64,000 nucleotides of DNA, from the NCBI GenBank assembly GCA_041659785.1, contig JBAZXO010000001.1, positions 177,649 to 241,648 of the forward strand, read 5' to 3'. The notes beneath the pieces are model-generated. The model made no database searches. It worked only from the letters and a program-made list of their open reading frames with translations, and was not told the DNA's origin. The position numbers and the translations under genes were made by a program. Origin of the DNA: Minisyncoccota bacterium. Lineage in GTDB: Bacteria > Patescibacteriota > Minisyncoccia > Phycocordibacterales > UBA9973. Positions within the stretch are counted from its first letter, which is position 1. Each line of letters starts with the position of its first letter. Positions 1 to 8,821 of the stretch are shown one piece after another.

Positions 1-87
1 TGCTTTAATATTGTTAACCCAGTTGGGGTTCACGGTTAAGGGCTCAGAAACCAGGGAGTTCAATCCTCTCTTCTCACTCACTGTTCA
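1..87 (+). other. possible 3' portion of a tRNA-like RNA, truncated by the window edge
   Basis: Canonical T-arm GGGAG-TTCAATC-CTCTC followed by a 7-nt acceptor-like strand TTCTCAC plus discriminator. The 5' partner GTGAGAA is not inside the window. The upstream region could be a long variable arm of a class II tRNA. It cannot be folded fully. Confidence 0.25.
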
Positions 88-360
88 TTGATTTTTCTGC
101 GGAGGCAATGTATGAAAGAAAAAAATTTCGTGAAAATAAAAATCACAAAGGTCTCTAAAGATCTTGAAGAAAAAAGTATTTACCACCTTTTTGAGGCAAT
201 AAAAAAAGCATTACCAAACATTAATATCCAGACATATATTTACCCTGGAGTAATCAAGGAATGTTTGCCAATGGTCCTAAAAATTGATGAAATTAATCAC
301 AAGGACCTAAGAAAGTTGCGAAACAGTTTGCGACTTGAGGTGGAAAAACTCAATGATTAG
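88..360 (+). CDS. hypothetical small protein, 90 aa (possible internal start at M9)
   Basis: Open frame followed by a strong intrinsic terminator. No recognisable motif. Confidence 0.35.
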   Translation: MIFLRRQCMKEKNFVKIKITKVSKDLEEKSIYHLFEAIKKALPNINIQTYIYPGVIKECLPMVLKIDEINHKDLRKLRNSLRLEVEKLND

Positions 361-401
361 TCCTTTTACAGCCCATCGGCGCAAGCCAAACAAATCTAAA
401 C

Positions 402-428
402 GCCCCGCGCTCACGCCGGGGCTTTTTT
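402..428 (+). terminator. rho-independent terminator
   Basis: Stem GCCCCG / CGGGGC with a 9-nt loop, followed by TTTTTT. Confidence 0.7.
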
Positions 429-512
429 ATTTATATATTAAAAAAATCTAAATTAAGTAAAATTCTTAACCTATCATATATGATATATTAAGAAAATTAA
501 AAAATTATTATT

Positions 513-1973
513 TTATTCTTTCACCGGACGCATTAGTGGGAAGAGTTGTGTTTCGCGTAAAGGTTTGTCTACAAGAAAAGCAAAGAACCTCTCACCGAAA
601 CCAAAGCCGAAAGCTGGAGGCATACCGTGTTCGAGCATCTCCACGAATTCATCATCTGGCATCATTGCTTCATCGTCCCCTTTCTCTATTAATTTTCTTT
701 GAATTTCAAAACGTTCTCCTTGATCTATCGGATCATTTAATTCAGAAAAACCATTAGTCATTTCTGCCCCTGCGAGAAGAAGCTGCACACGCTCAGTCAA
801 AAGTGGATTCTCAGGTTTTGCTTTTGAAAGCGGAGAAACGAGTTTTGGTAAATCGACGAGCCAAGCCGGACCCACGATTTGCTTGCGACAATGTTTCCAG
901 AGAGAATCAGTCAAACGCTCTTTATTATTTCCTTCGTATTTTACTTTGAGCTCATCAAGCTTAACCATCATTTCTTTTTCTGTCGCAGAGAGTACATCGA
1001 TGCCTACCATCTTTTTTATAGTATCGACATAAAGAATCAATTCCCATTTTTTAGATAAATCTATCTTATGTCCGTGAGTTTCGAATTGTAAAGTGCCGAG
1101 GGTTTCTTGTGTAATTTCTTTTAGCATCCTCTCGGTGAATTCCATGCCCTGTTTGTAATCCATATAACCAGCGTAAAATTCTAAATTGGTAAATTCTTGT
1201 GTATGTTCTGGACTAGATCCTTCATTTCTATAAATTCTCCCAATTTCAAAAACTCTAGGAAAACCTGCCGCAAGGAGCCTCTTCTGCCAAAGCTCTCCAA
1301 CAGAAATACGCATAAAAACATCTATATCAAAATCATTGTGATGAGTTTTGAAAGGTCGTGCTTCTGCACCGCCTGTCGTAACCTCAATCGTCGGAGTCTC
1401 AACTTCCAAGAAGTTTTCTTTCTTTAAAAAATTACGAGTCGCATCCCAAAATTTTGCTTTCTTTTCGAAAAGATCTTTTATCTCTGGATTCATTAAAATA
1501 TCCAAATATCTTTTTCGAAATCTTTCTTCTATATCTACGAGGCCGTGCCATTTCTCAGGAAGTGGACGCAAACTTTTACTAAGCATACGCCAGTCTTTTA
1601 TCTCAAGAGTTTTCTCCCCTCTATTTGTTTTGAAAAATGTTCCTTGTATTTCTACAAAGTCTCCAATGTCTACTGTTTCATTCCAAAAAGAAAATTTATC
1701 GTCACTGATGACATCTTTTTTTAATAAACCTTGAAAGGTTCCTGTGCCGTCATTTAAAGTTGTAAAAACGATTGCACCTTGTCCGCGAATAGACATTATT
1801 CTACCTGCAATCCATTTTGTATCCTTGGCTTTTTCAAGATCGTCAAAATTATCAATAGCATCTTTTAAAGTTAATTCTCTATTAGAACTAGCTGGGTATG
1901 GGTTCATACCTCCCTTTTTTAGAAGTTCAAGTTTTTTTATTCTAGTGTCCCGAATTTCATCAATTGAAGACAT
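513..1973 (-). CDS. lysS: lysyl-tRNA synthetase, class II
   Basis: 486 aa. It has an N-terminal OB anticodon-binding region and a class II core. Length and overall architecture are typical of LysS. Confidence 0.9.
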   Translation of the reverse strand: MSSIDEIRDTRIKKLELLKKGGMNPYPASSNRELTLKDAIDNFDDLEKAKDTKWIAGRIMSIRGQGAIVFTTLNDGTGTFQGLLKKDVISDDKFSFWNETVDIGDFVEIQGTFFKTNRGEKTLEIKDWRMLSKSLRPLPEKWHGLVDIEERFRKRYLDILMNPEIKDLFEKKAKFWDATRNFLKKENFLEVETPTIEVTTGGAEARPFKTHHNDFDIDVFMRISVGELWQKRLLAAGFPRVFEIGRIYRNEGSSPEHTQEFTNLEFYAGYMDYKQGMEFTERMLKEITQETLGTLQFETHGHKIDLSKKWELILYVDTIKKMVGIDVLSATEKEMMVKLDELKVKYEGNNKERLTDSLWKHCRKQIVGPAWLVDLPKLVSPLSKAKPENPLLTERVQLLLAGAEMTNGFSELNDPIDQGERFEIQRKLIEKGDDEAMMPDDEFVEMLEHGMPPAFGFGFGERFFAFLVDKPLRETQLFPLMRPVKE

Positions 1974-1990
1974 TTTTAAATTAAGCTAAT

Positions 1991-2464
1991 TTAGGAAACA
2001 CTGATGATTTTATAATTTACTACACCACCTGGAGTTTTTAGGGAAACATTCTCACCTTTCTTTTTACCAAAAAGTGCAACACCTAAAGGAGAACGGTTAG
2101 AAATTTTTCCTTTTAGCATATCTGCTTCCTCTGATCCTACTATAACATAATTTTTCTCTTCCTTGGTGCCTTCTTTCTGTACGACTACCTTAGATCCGAT
2201 TTCAATGATATCTCCACCTCCACCTTTTACCGTTTGGGAAGATTCTAAAATTTGTTCTATTTTTGCAATGCGTGCTTCGAGTTTACCTTGGTCTTCTCGG
2301 ACTTGATGATATTCTGCATTCTCTGATAAGTCACCCAAGGATTTTGCATACTCTAAATTTTTTAGAATTTCTTTTCTTTTAGGTCCTTTCAAATCTTTCA
2401 ACTCCGCTAAAAGTGCCAATCTTTTTTCTTCTGTTATATAATCTCCTGCTTGTTGCATAATCAC
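1991..2464 (-). CDS. greA: transcription elongation factor GreA
   Basis: 157 aa. It has an N-terminal coiled-coil (LALLAELKDLKG...) and a C-terminal FKBP-like domain typical of GreA. Confidence 0.85.
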   Translation of the reverse strand: MIMQQAGDYITEEKRLALLAELKDLKGPKRKEILKNLEYAKSLGDLSENAEYHQVREDQGKLEARIAKIEQILESSQTVKGGGGDIIEIGSKVVVQKEGTKEEKNYVIVGSEEADMLKGKISNRSPLGVALFGKKKGENVSLKTPGGVVNYKIISVS

Positions 2465-2504
2465 ATTATACTATATTTTTTTACAAAAAAGTCAATAATT
2501 TTAA

Positions 2505-2552
2505 CAAAAAAAAAGAGGGCCCGATGTAGATATGGAGCCCTCTGTCACCGAA
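2505..2552 (-). terminator. intrinsic terminator for the minus-strand small ORF
   Basis: On the minus strand the stem AGAGGGC...GCCCTCT is followed by a T9 run. On the plus strand this reads A9 then the stem. Confidence 0.55.
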
Positions 2553-2563
2553 ATGGTGTGAGA

Positions 2564-2797
2564 TTATTTCTTGTTGGCTTGTTTCTTTTCTTGAAGAGCA
2601 TGATTGATATGAAGCTTAAGATGCCACAAAAAGATGTCAAATTGTGCCAGAGCAACTATATCACCTTTTTTTTCCAAAAATTTATTGATAAAATCTTCGG
2701 TAGCTTCAGGTGGTAAGCGGTGTTTATTGTCTTTCCAGATTCTTTTAAAATTAAACTCAATAGCACCAGCCTGAGCTGCTGTTATTTCCTGGGGCAT
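2564..2797 (-). CDS. hypothetical protein, 77 aa
   Basis: ORF with a downstream terminator. No motif recognised. Confidence 0.35.
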   Translation of the reverse strand: MPQEITAAQAGAIEFNFKRIWKDNKHRLPPEATEDFINKFLEKKGDIVALAQFDIFLWHLKLHINHALQEKKQANKK

Positions 2798-2953
2798 TTC
2801 ATCTCCTTAAGAGAATTAGGGTGACGGAATTGTCACCAAGTTGAAAAGGACGTTCTCCCTTTTTCTACACTTAAACTTGATTTATGTCAAGCTTTATCAC
2901 TTCTCATTCAACGAATATTTGCAAAAAATCTTTTATATGGTAATCTTGTTCAT

Positions 2954-3187
2954 ATGGCAAAAACAGTAATAGAAGTGAAGAAAAATCCAAACGAAAACAA
3001 CGCGAGCGTATTGCGTCGTTTTTCTCGTAGAATTCAAGAATCCGGTATTGTCCGCAAGGTCAAAGGCGCTCGCTACAACTTGAGAAAAGAATCCAAACTT
3101 AAAGTTAAAAAAAGTGCTCTAAAGAGAATGGGCCGAAGAAAGGAAATCGAGAAACTCAAAAAGCTCGGTAAGATGGTAACAAAGTAA
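2954..3187 (+). CDS. rpsU: 30S ribosomal protein bS21
   Basis: 77 aa, very basic. MAKTVIEVKKNP...LRRFSRR...KRMGRRKEIEK matches the S21 pattern. Confidence 0.8.
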   Translation: MAKTVIEVKKNPNENNASVLRRFSRRIQESGIVRKVKGARYNLRKESKLKVKKSALKRMGRRKEIEKLKKLGKMVTK

Positions 3188-3192
3188 ACCAT

Positions 3193-3645
3193 ATGGAGGA
3201 AAAACTTTCTATGATAAACAAAACAAAAACGAAAACTCCTCGTCTACCTTTTCTTGATCTTAAAAATGACATTTTAGGGAAAAACTATTCCCTCTCTATC
3301 GCTTTCGTAGATGAAAAAAAATCTAGAGAAATAAATAAGGAATACAGAAACAAAGATAAATCTACAAATATTTTATCTTTTCTTTTACATAAAAACGAAG
3401 GTGAAATAATTATCTGCCCACCCGTCGTAAAGCGTGAAGCTAAAAATTTTGAAAGAAATTTCGACCAATTTATGGGATTTTTAGTTATCCACGGAATGCT
3501 TCATTTGAAAGGACACGAACATAGTAGTACAATGGAGAGACTAGAAGAAAAATATGATAAGAAATATTTCAGTGGGCATAGACGTGGGATCATCCACGAC
3601 ACGAGTCGTGGTAGGAGAATTTCTAAAAGGAGAAAAAAATCCTAA
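3193..3645 (+). CDS. ybeY: rRNA maturation endoribonuclease YbeY
   Basis: HGMLHLKGHEH zinc-binding motif (H-x3-H-x5-H), about 150 aa. The non-conserved C-terminal tail overlaps the ftsA start. Confidence 0.8.
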   Translation: MEEKLSMINKTKTKTPRLPFLDLKNDILGKNYSLSIAFVDEKKSREINKEYRNKDKSTNILSFLLHKNEGEIIICPPVVKREAKNFERNFDQFMGFLVIHGMLHLKGHEHSSTMERLEEKYDKKYFSGHRRGIIHDTSRGRRISKRRKKS

Positions 3646-4717
3646 GATTATTGGTATGGGTGAAAGTATCACTCTAGGCATGAGGCACGGCTACGTCGTA
3701 AACTCTCCACTGGTCACTGCTTCAGTGAGAAATGCAGTTGCGCTCGCAGAAAAAACTTCTGGCTTAAAAATAAAAAAATGTTTTGTTTCACTTTCTGGCA
3801 CCACGCTCAAAAGTGAGATAAGCGGAGGGAGCACTATCGTTTCAAAAGCTGACGGTGAAGTGACCTCTCTCGATGTGAACAAAGCACTTCAGGATTGTGA
3901 GGACAATTTAAGCTTGGGAAATAAAAAAATTATCCATATATACCCCATTTCTTACCGACTCGATGGGAAAGAAGTCTTGGGTAGATTAGAGGGTATGCGC
4001 GGAACAAAGCTTGAGATTAAAGCACTTTTTGTCACTTATTCCGTTGTACACTTAGAGGATTTACTAGGGGCAATAGCAGAAGCTGGAGTAGAAACTATAG
4101 ACGTGATCGCCTCTCCACTCGCCATCAGCAACATCGCTCTAACCGAAAGACAAAAGATCGTAGGCGTAGCACTCGTAGACATCGGAGACCAGACGACATC
4201 TCTTTCTGTTTTTGAAAATGGATTACTCATGTCAGTCGCTACTTTCTCTATAGGTTCGACTGAAATAACAAATGACATTGCACTCGGTTTTAAAATTTCC
4301 TTAGAAAAAGCAGAAGCTCTAAAGCTTGGAAATAGCACAGAAGAATTTTCAAAGAAAAAACTCGACGAAATCATCGAAGCACGACTATGTGACATCTTTG
4401 AATCAATAGAAAATAATTTAAAGAAAATAAAAAGGTCCGAGCTCTTACCGGCCGGTATAGTATTCGTGGGTGGTGGTGCAAATACTCCAATGCTCGCAGA
4501 ATTATCTAAATCTACACTCAAGCTCCCCTCTAGTATTGGTGCAACAGAAATCTTTGGCAACACAAAAACGAAACTTCGTGACCCAGCTTATTTTAATGCA
4601 ATTGGTTTACTCACCTCCGGAAAAGATACAGGTGGCTATGAAGGCAACTCTTTCAAAAAACTCTTAAAAGACCTAGAAAACACAATAAAATCAAGCATAA
4701 AACAGCTGATGCCATAA
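3554..4717 (+). CDS. ftsA: cell division protein FtsA (actin-like ATPase)
   Basis: The N-terminal VGIDVGSSTTRVVVGE phosphate-1 motif is present. Length is 387 aa. It sits immediately upstream of ftsZ. Confidence 0.9.
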   Translation: MIRNISVGIDVGSSTTRVVVGEFLKGEKNPKIIGMGESITLGMRHGYVVNSPLVTASVRNAVALAEKTSGLKIKKCFVSLSGTTLKSEISGGSTIVSKADGEVTSLDVNKALQDCEDNLSLGNKKIIHIYPISYRLDGKEVLGRLEGMRGTKLEIKALFVTYSVVHLEDLLGAIAEAGVETIDVIASPLAISNIALTERQKIVGVALVDIGDQTTSLSVFENGLLMSVATFSIGSTEITNDIALGFKISLEKAEALKLGNSTEEFSKKKLDEIIEARLCDIFESIENNLKKIKRSELLPAGIVFVGGGANTPMLAELSKSTLKLPSSIGATEIFGNTKTKLRDPAYFNAIGLLTSGKDTGGYEGNSFKKLLKDLENTIKSSIKQLMP

Positions 4718-4865
4718 TATTAGTTTTTAGATACTAGAAGCTAGTAAACTAGAACCCAGAAGCTAGAACCTAATACCTAATCTATGGGTTTGCTTTTTTT
4801 TGCTCTAGTGCTAGTATGATTTCATATAAGTTAAATCTTTAATAAGCCTACGGGCAAGTAAAATT

Positions 4866-6071
4866 ATGCCAAAAATAAATCAAGAAATAGAGAGTTTCGC
4901 TCGAATCATGGTCATCGGAATCGGTGGATCAGGAAAGAATGCAGTCAACCATATGATAAACTCTAAGGTCAAAGGTGTGTCTTTTATTTGTATGAACACT
5001 GACACGCAAGACTTACATCACTCTCTTGCTGAGAAAAAAATTCACATTGGAAAAAATTTAACTAAAGGTCTCGGCGCAGGTATGGATCCAGAAATTGGAA
5101 AGAAGGCTGCCGAAGAAACAAAGTCTGAAATACAAGATGTCATCAAAGGTGCAGACATGATCTTCCTCGCTTGCGGAATGGGTGGAGGTACTGGAACAGG
5201 TGCAGCACCAATCGTCGCTCGTGCAGCGAGAGAACAAGGCATCCTCACTGTCGCTGTCACCACCAAGCCATTTTTCTTCGAAGGAAATCACCGTATGAAA
5301 ATAGCTGAGAAAGGTATTGAAGAATTAGCTAAAGAAGTAGATGCAATAATCATCATTCCAAACGACAAATTGCTTCAATTAGCTGAACAAAACACCAATT
5401 TTAAAGACGCTTTCGTAAAATGCGATGACGTATTACGTCAAGCAGTAGAAGGGATTTCTGACCTTATCACCACTCCTGGCGTCATAAATGTAGACTTTGC
5501 AGACATTAAGGCCATTATGGCAAATGCTGGTAGCGCCCTTATGGGTATCGGTAGTGCTTCTGGTGAAAAGCGTGCAGAAAAGGCAGCCTTGGGAGCTATC
5601 AATTCCCCTCTTCTCGAGGTTTCTATTCATGGTGCTAAAGGAGTGCTCTTCGCTATCTCTGGAGGAGACGACCTAACTATCAATGAAATCCAAGAAGCTG
5701 CAAAAATAATCACTGAATCAATCGACAAAGATGCGAAGGTAATCTTCGGAACAATTCGTGATGAGAAATTAAAAAAGGGAGAAATCAAGGTCACCGTCAT
5801 TGCAACCTCCTTCCCTGCTGATATGCCTCGCAAGAATCTTTTTAGCGCAGCTACTACAGGCCTAATGAAAGATGAAACTCCTGTTGCTGTAAAAAAAGAA
5901 ATACATAATACCATCCAGAACAATATGCAGGGCGTAAATCAAAATAATAATTTGAGCAATAATGACTTCATAAAGAAAATGGATAAAAAGGAAGTCAAAG
6001 AAGAAATTATCGAAGATGATGGCGATGACTGGAGCGCTGTTCCAGCCTTCCTCCGAAGAACTAAAAAATAA
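4866..6071 (+). CDS. ftsZ: cell division GTPase FtsZ
   Basis: Tubulin signature GGGTGTGAAPIVA, the N-terminal GIGGSG motif, and a disordered C-terminal linker. Confidence 0.95.
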   Translation: MPKINQEIESFARIMVIGIGGSGKNAVNHMINSKVKGVSFICMNTDTQDLHHSLAEKKIHIGKNLTKGLGAGMDPEIGKKAAEETKSEIQDVIKGADMIFLACGMGGGTGTGAAPIVARAAREQGILTVAVTTKPFFFEGNHRMKIAEKGIEELAKEVDAIIIIPNDKLLQLAEQNTNFKDAFVKCDDVLRQAVEGISDLITTPGVINVDFADIKAIMANAGSALMGIGSASGEKRAEKAALGAINSPLLEVSIHGAKGVLFAISGGDDLTINEIQEAAKIITESIDKDAKVIFGTIRDEKLKKGEIKVTVIATSFPADMPRKNLFSAATTGLMKDETPVAVKKEIHNTIQNNMQGVNQNNNLSNNDFIKKMDKKEVKEEIIEDDGDDWSAVPAFLRRTKK

Positions 6072-6111
6072 AATAGCCAAAAGCTTGACGGCTAGTGTAT
6101 AATAAACGTAT

Positions 6112-7065
6112 ATGACATACGACCTAATAATTATTGGAGGTGGGCCTGCCGGTGTTGCAGCGGCTGTTTATGCTGCTCGTAAAAGGTTAAAAACACTTTT
6201 TATTACTTCCGAATGGGGCGGGCAAAGCATCGTTTCAGAAAAGATTTTCAACTGGATTGGCACACCAGCCATCTCGGGCAATGACCTAGCAGAAAATTTA
6301 AAGAGTCACGTGTTAGCCAATGCAATAAATGATAAAAACCCAGATTCTACATTAAAAATAAAAGAAGGAGAAAAAGTAACTTCCCTGTCAGGTGTTGGAA
6401 ACCCGACAGAAGGATTTTCAGTAAAAATAGAATCAGGTGAAGAATTTTTAACTAAAACAATTTTAATAGCTACAGGTAGTGTGCGCAGAAAGCTTATTGC
6501 AAAAAATGCAGATGAACTTGAACACAAAGGCCTCACTTATTGTGCTTCTTGCGACGGGCCACTTTTTGAAAATATGGATGTGGCTGTAATTGGTGGAGGA
6601 AATGCCGCATTCGAAACAGCCGCTCAGCTACTAGCCTATTGTAAGTCTGTCATCCTCATAAACAGAAGCGACACTTTCCGGGCAGATGAAATTACTGTGG
6701 AGAGAGTTTCTAAAAATCCTAAAATATCAATAGTAAAAAATGTGGATATTTTAGAGATACAAGGCAGTAAATTTGTAGAAGGCTTAATTTATCAGGACAG
6801 AACTACAAAAGTACAAAAAGAATTAAAAGTATCTGGAATTTTTGTTGAAATTGGACAGATTGCAAATACTGATTTTGTAAAAGAATTAGTACCCCTAGAT
6901 GCAGTAGGGAAAATAAAAATTGATGCTTGGTCACAAAAAACTGAGACGAAAGGCATCTGGGCCGCTGGAGATTGTACCAATATCCTCTACCACCAGAACA
7001 ACATTGCTGCTGGTGATGCTGTGCGTGCTGTGGAAGATATCTATCTAGCAATTCACACAAAATAA
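6112..7065 (+). CDS. trxB: thioredoxin-disulfide reductase (FAD/NAD(P) oxidoreductase)
   Basis: N-terminal GGGPAG FAD motif, redox-active CASCDG (CxxC), and a second GGGNAA dinucleotide motif. Confidence 0.85.
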   Translation: MTYDLIIIGGGPAGVAAAVYAARKRLKTLFITSEWGGQSIVSEKIFNWIGTPAISGNDLAENLKSHVLANAINDKNPDSTLKIKEGEKVTSLSGVGNPTEGFSVKIESGEEFLTKTILIATGSVRRKLIAKNADELEHKGLTYCASCDGPLFENMDVAVIGGGNAAFETAAQLLAYCKSVILINRSDTFRADEITVERVSKNPKISIVKNVDILEIQGSKFVEGLIYQDRTTKVQKELKVSGIFVEIGQIANTDFVKELVPLDAVGKIKIDAWSQKTETKGIWAAGDCTNILYHQNNIAAGDAVRAVEDIYLAIHTK

Positions 7066-7082
7066 ATTTCCTAAACAAAAAA

Positions 7083-7111
7083 ACAGCCCTCACAAAAAAG
7101 GCTGTTTTTTT
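7083..7111 (+). terminator. rho-independent terminator after trxB
   Basis: ACAGCC...GGCTGT stem followed by T7. Confidence 0.6.
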
Positions 7112-7132
7112 ATTTTAATTTAGAAATTATTT

Positions 7133-7195
7133 TTAACTTGAACATGTGCAATCACTGATTGGATTACCACAACCAGGACATTTTGGTTCATCCAT
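7133..7195 (-). CDS. candidate 20-aa Cys-rich zinc-knuckle peptide (MDEPKCPGCGNPISDCTCSS)
   Basis: Short ORF with a CPxCG knuckle plus CxC. Four Cys in 20 residues is unusual for AT-rich DNA. There is no other support. Confidence 0.2.
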   Translation of the reverse strand: MDEPKCPGCGNPISDCTCSS

Positions 7196-7299
7196 ATTCT
7201 TTGAGAAATTAGATGATAATTGTATAAAAAATACGTTGGACTAGAATGTATTTATTGTACATTTAAATTATACCACACTACTATGTATTATACCATTTG

Positions 7300-7371
7300 T
7301 GACCCTACTGGGAATCGCACCCAGATTACCAGCTTGAAAAGCTGATGTCCTAACTATTAGACGATAGGGCC
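7300..7371 (-). tRNA. tRNA-Glu (anticodon UUC)
   Basis: Manual cloverleaf. Acceptor GGCCCTA/TAGGGTC, anticodon stem TCAGC/GCTGG, loop TTTTCAA (anticodon TTC). The T-arm is CTGGG-TGCGATT-CCCAG, with an unusual G at position 55. Confidence 0.75.
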
Positions 7372-7431
7372 AATGTCTTTTATCTTATCTTATTTTTGAA
7401 AAAACTGCAAAAAATGCTAGATTAAAATAAT

Positions 7432-7518
7432 GGAGACGTGGCTGAGTGGTTGAAGGCACCAGTTTCGAAAACTGGCATCGGGGCAACTCGATCGTGAGTT
7501 CAAATCTCACCGTCTCCG
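7432..7518 (+). tRNA. tRNA-Ser (anticodon CGA), class II with long variable arm
   Basis: Acceptor GGAGACG/CGTCTCC. Anticodon stem CCAGT/ACTGG with loop TTCGAAA. Long variable arm. T-arm GTGAG-TTCAAAT-CTCAC. Confidence 0.8.
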
Positions 7519-7531
7519 CAAAAATATGACA

Positions 7532-7936
7532 TTAAATTTTTATTCCTAGTTTATGTTTAATCCTTAAAACTACCTCATCTAAAGATGTGTTGGCTTTTGT
7601 TAAATATTCATAATTTTTCCCAAGGCCGGCAAAACTATTTTGAGCAACCATATCACCAGGGTCACTTACGTTCGTGAGGACAATGACTTTTGCGTTTACT
7701 CCCCATGGATCTTCACTTAATTTTTTAATTACTTCAAAACCATCCATCTTAGGCATCAAAATATCGAGCAATATTAAGTCGGGGTGTCTTTTAAGGGCAA
7801 ATTCTAAACCATCAAGACCATTAAAACTTTCAATAACATCAAACTTTTCTGTGTCCAACTTTTCAGTAAGAGTATCAGCTAAGATTCTTTCGTCTTCAAC
7901 AATTAAAATTAAGAATTTCTTATTAGGTTCATCCAT
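7532..7936 (-). CDS. orphan single-domain response regulator (CheY-like receiver)
   Basis: ILIVEDE...DLILLDILMPKMDGFEV receiver signature with the phospho-acceptor Asp. No kinase lies adjacent. Confidence 0.8.
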   Translation of the reverse strand: MDEPNKKFLILIVEDERILADTLTEKLDTEKFDVIESFNGLDGLEFALKRHPDLILLDILMPKMDGFEVIKKLSEDPWGVNAKVIVLTNVSDPGDMVAQNSFAGLGKNYEYLTKANTSLDEVVLRIKHKLGIKI

Positions 7937-7999
7937 GCATCAATTATACCACTAAAAGATAAATTGAAAAACAAAGGGCTTGGTGTATAATCGAGAAAC

Positions 8000-8764
8000 A
8001 TGGAAAAAGACACAAAAATAAAAATAATAATTCTAGCTGCAGGTAAAGGAAAAAGGATGCGAAGTGAGCTACCAAAAGCTTTAATTCCACTTGGAGGCAA
8101 GCCAATGATTAGATATATATTGGATAAAATCGAAACTCTACCCTTTGGAATACCTCATATTGTTGTAGGACACAATAAAGAAAAAATAATAAAAGATTTG
8201 GGAGATACGTATAACTACGTGGTACAAGAAGAACAGCTAGGCACTGGCCATGCGGTAAATGTAGTTAAAACATATATAAAAGACGGAGCAGAAAGTATAG
8301 TTATTTTATATGGCGACCAGCCTTTCACTAGCGCCGAAACCATAGAAAAATTAGTTGAAAAGCAAAAAAGAACTAAAGCGAAAATTGTTATGGCCACAGT
8401 AAAGGTTCCAAACTTTGATGATTGGCGAGCAAACTTTTTAGGTTTTTCTAAGGTAATTAGAGATCACAATGGAAAGATAATAAGAACAGTAGAGAAAAAA
8501 GATTCAACAGAAGAAGAGAATAAAATCAAGGAAGTGAATCCCTGCTATTTTTGTTTTGATTCTAAATGGCTTTGGTCCCACCTTGAAAAATTGAAAAATG
8601 ACAATGCTCAAAAAGAATATTATCTTACTGATTTAATAAAAATGGTAACGGAAGAAGGTATAGAAATAGAATCAATAGAAATAGACGCAAAAGAAGCCCT
8701 GGGTGCAAATACTAAAGAAGAACTTGAAATATTAGAAAATATACTTCGTAATAAAAATTCATAG
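8000..8764 (+). CDS. sugar-1-phosphate nucleotidyltransferase, GlmU N-terminal (pyrophosphorylase) domain only
   Basis: LAAGKGKRMRS...GGKPM and QEEQLGTGHAV motifs match the GlmU uridyltransferase domain. There is no left-handed beta-helix acetyltransferase domain. Length 254 aa. Confidence 0.6.
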   Translation: MEKDTKIKIIILAAGKGKRMRSELPKALIPLGGKPMIRYILDKIETLPFGIPHIVVGHNKEKIIKDLGDTYNYVVQEEQLGTGHAVNVVKTYIKDGAESIVILYGDQPFTSAETIEKLVEKQKRTKAKIVMATVKVPNFDDWRANFLGFSKVIRDHNGKIIRTVEKKDSTEEENKIKEVNPCYFCFDSKWLWSHLEKLKNDNAQKEYYLTDLIKMVTEEGIEIESIEIDAKEALGANTKEELEILENILRNKNS

Positions 8765-8821
8765 TAAATTCATGTCATAGGGAGTAAAATAAAAACATTA
8801 ACAATAAATAAATTAAAATCA

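Noticed and set aside
4720-4800. Short direct repeats (AGAAGCTAG, ACTAGAA, CCTAATA) between ftsA and ftsZ that might suggest a CRISPR-like or tandem array
   Set aside because: Units are under 10 nt, irregularly spaced and lack repeat-spacer periodicity. This is most likely a promoter/UTR low-complexity region for ftsZ.
6803-7093. 96-aa minus-strand ORF rich in Gln/His
   Set aside because: Antisense to trxB. No independent support.
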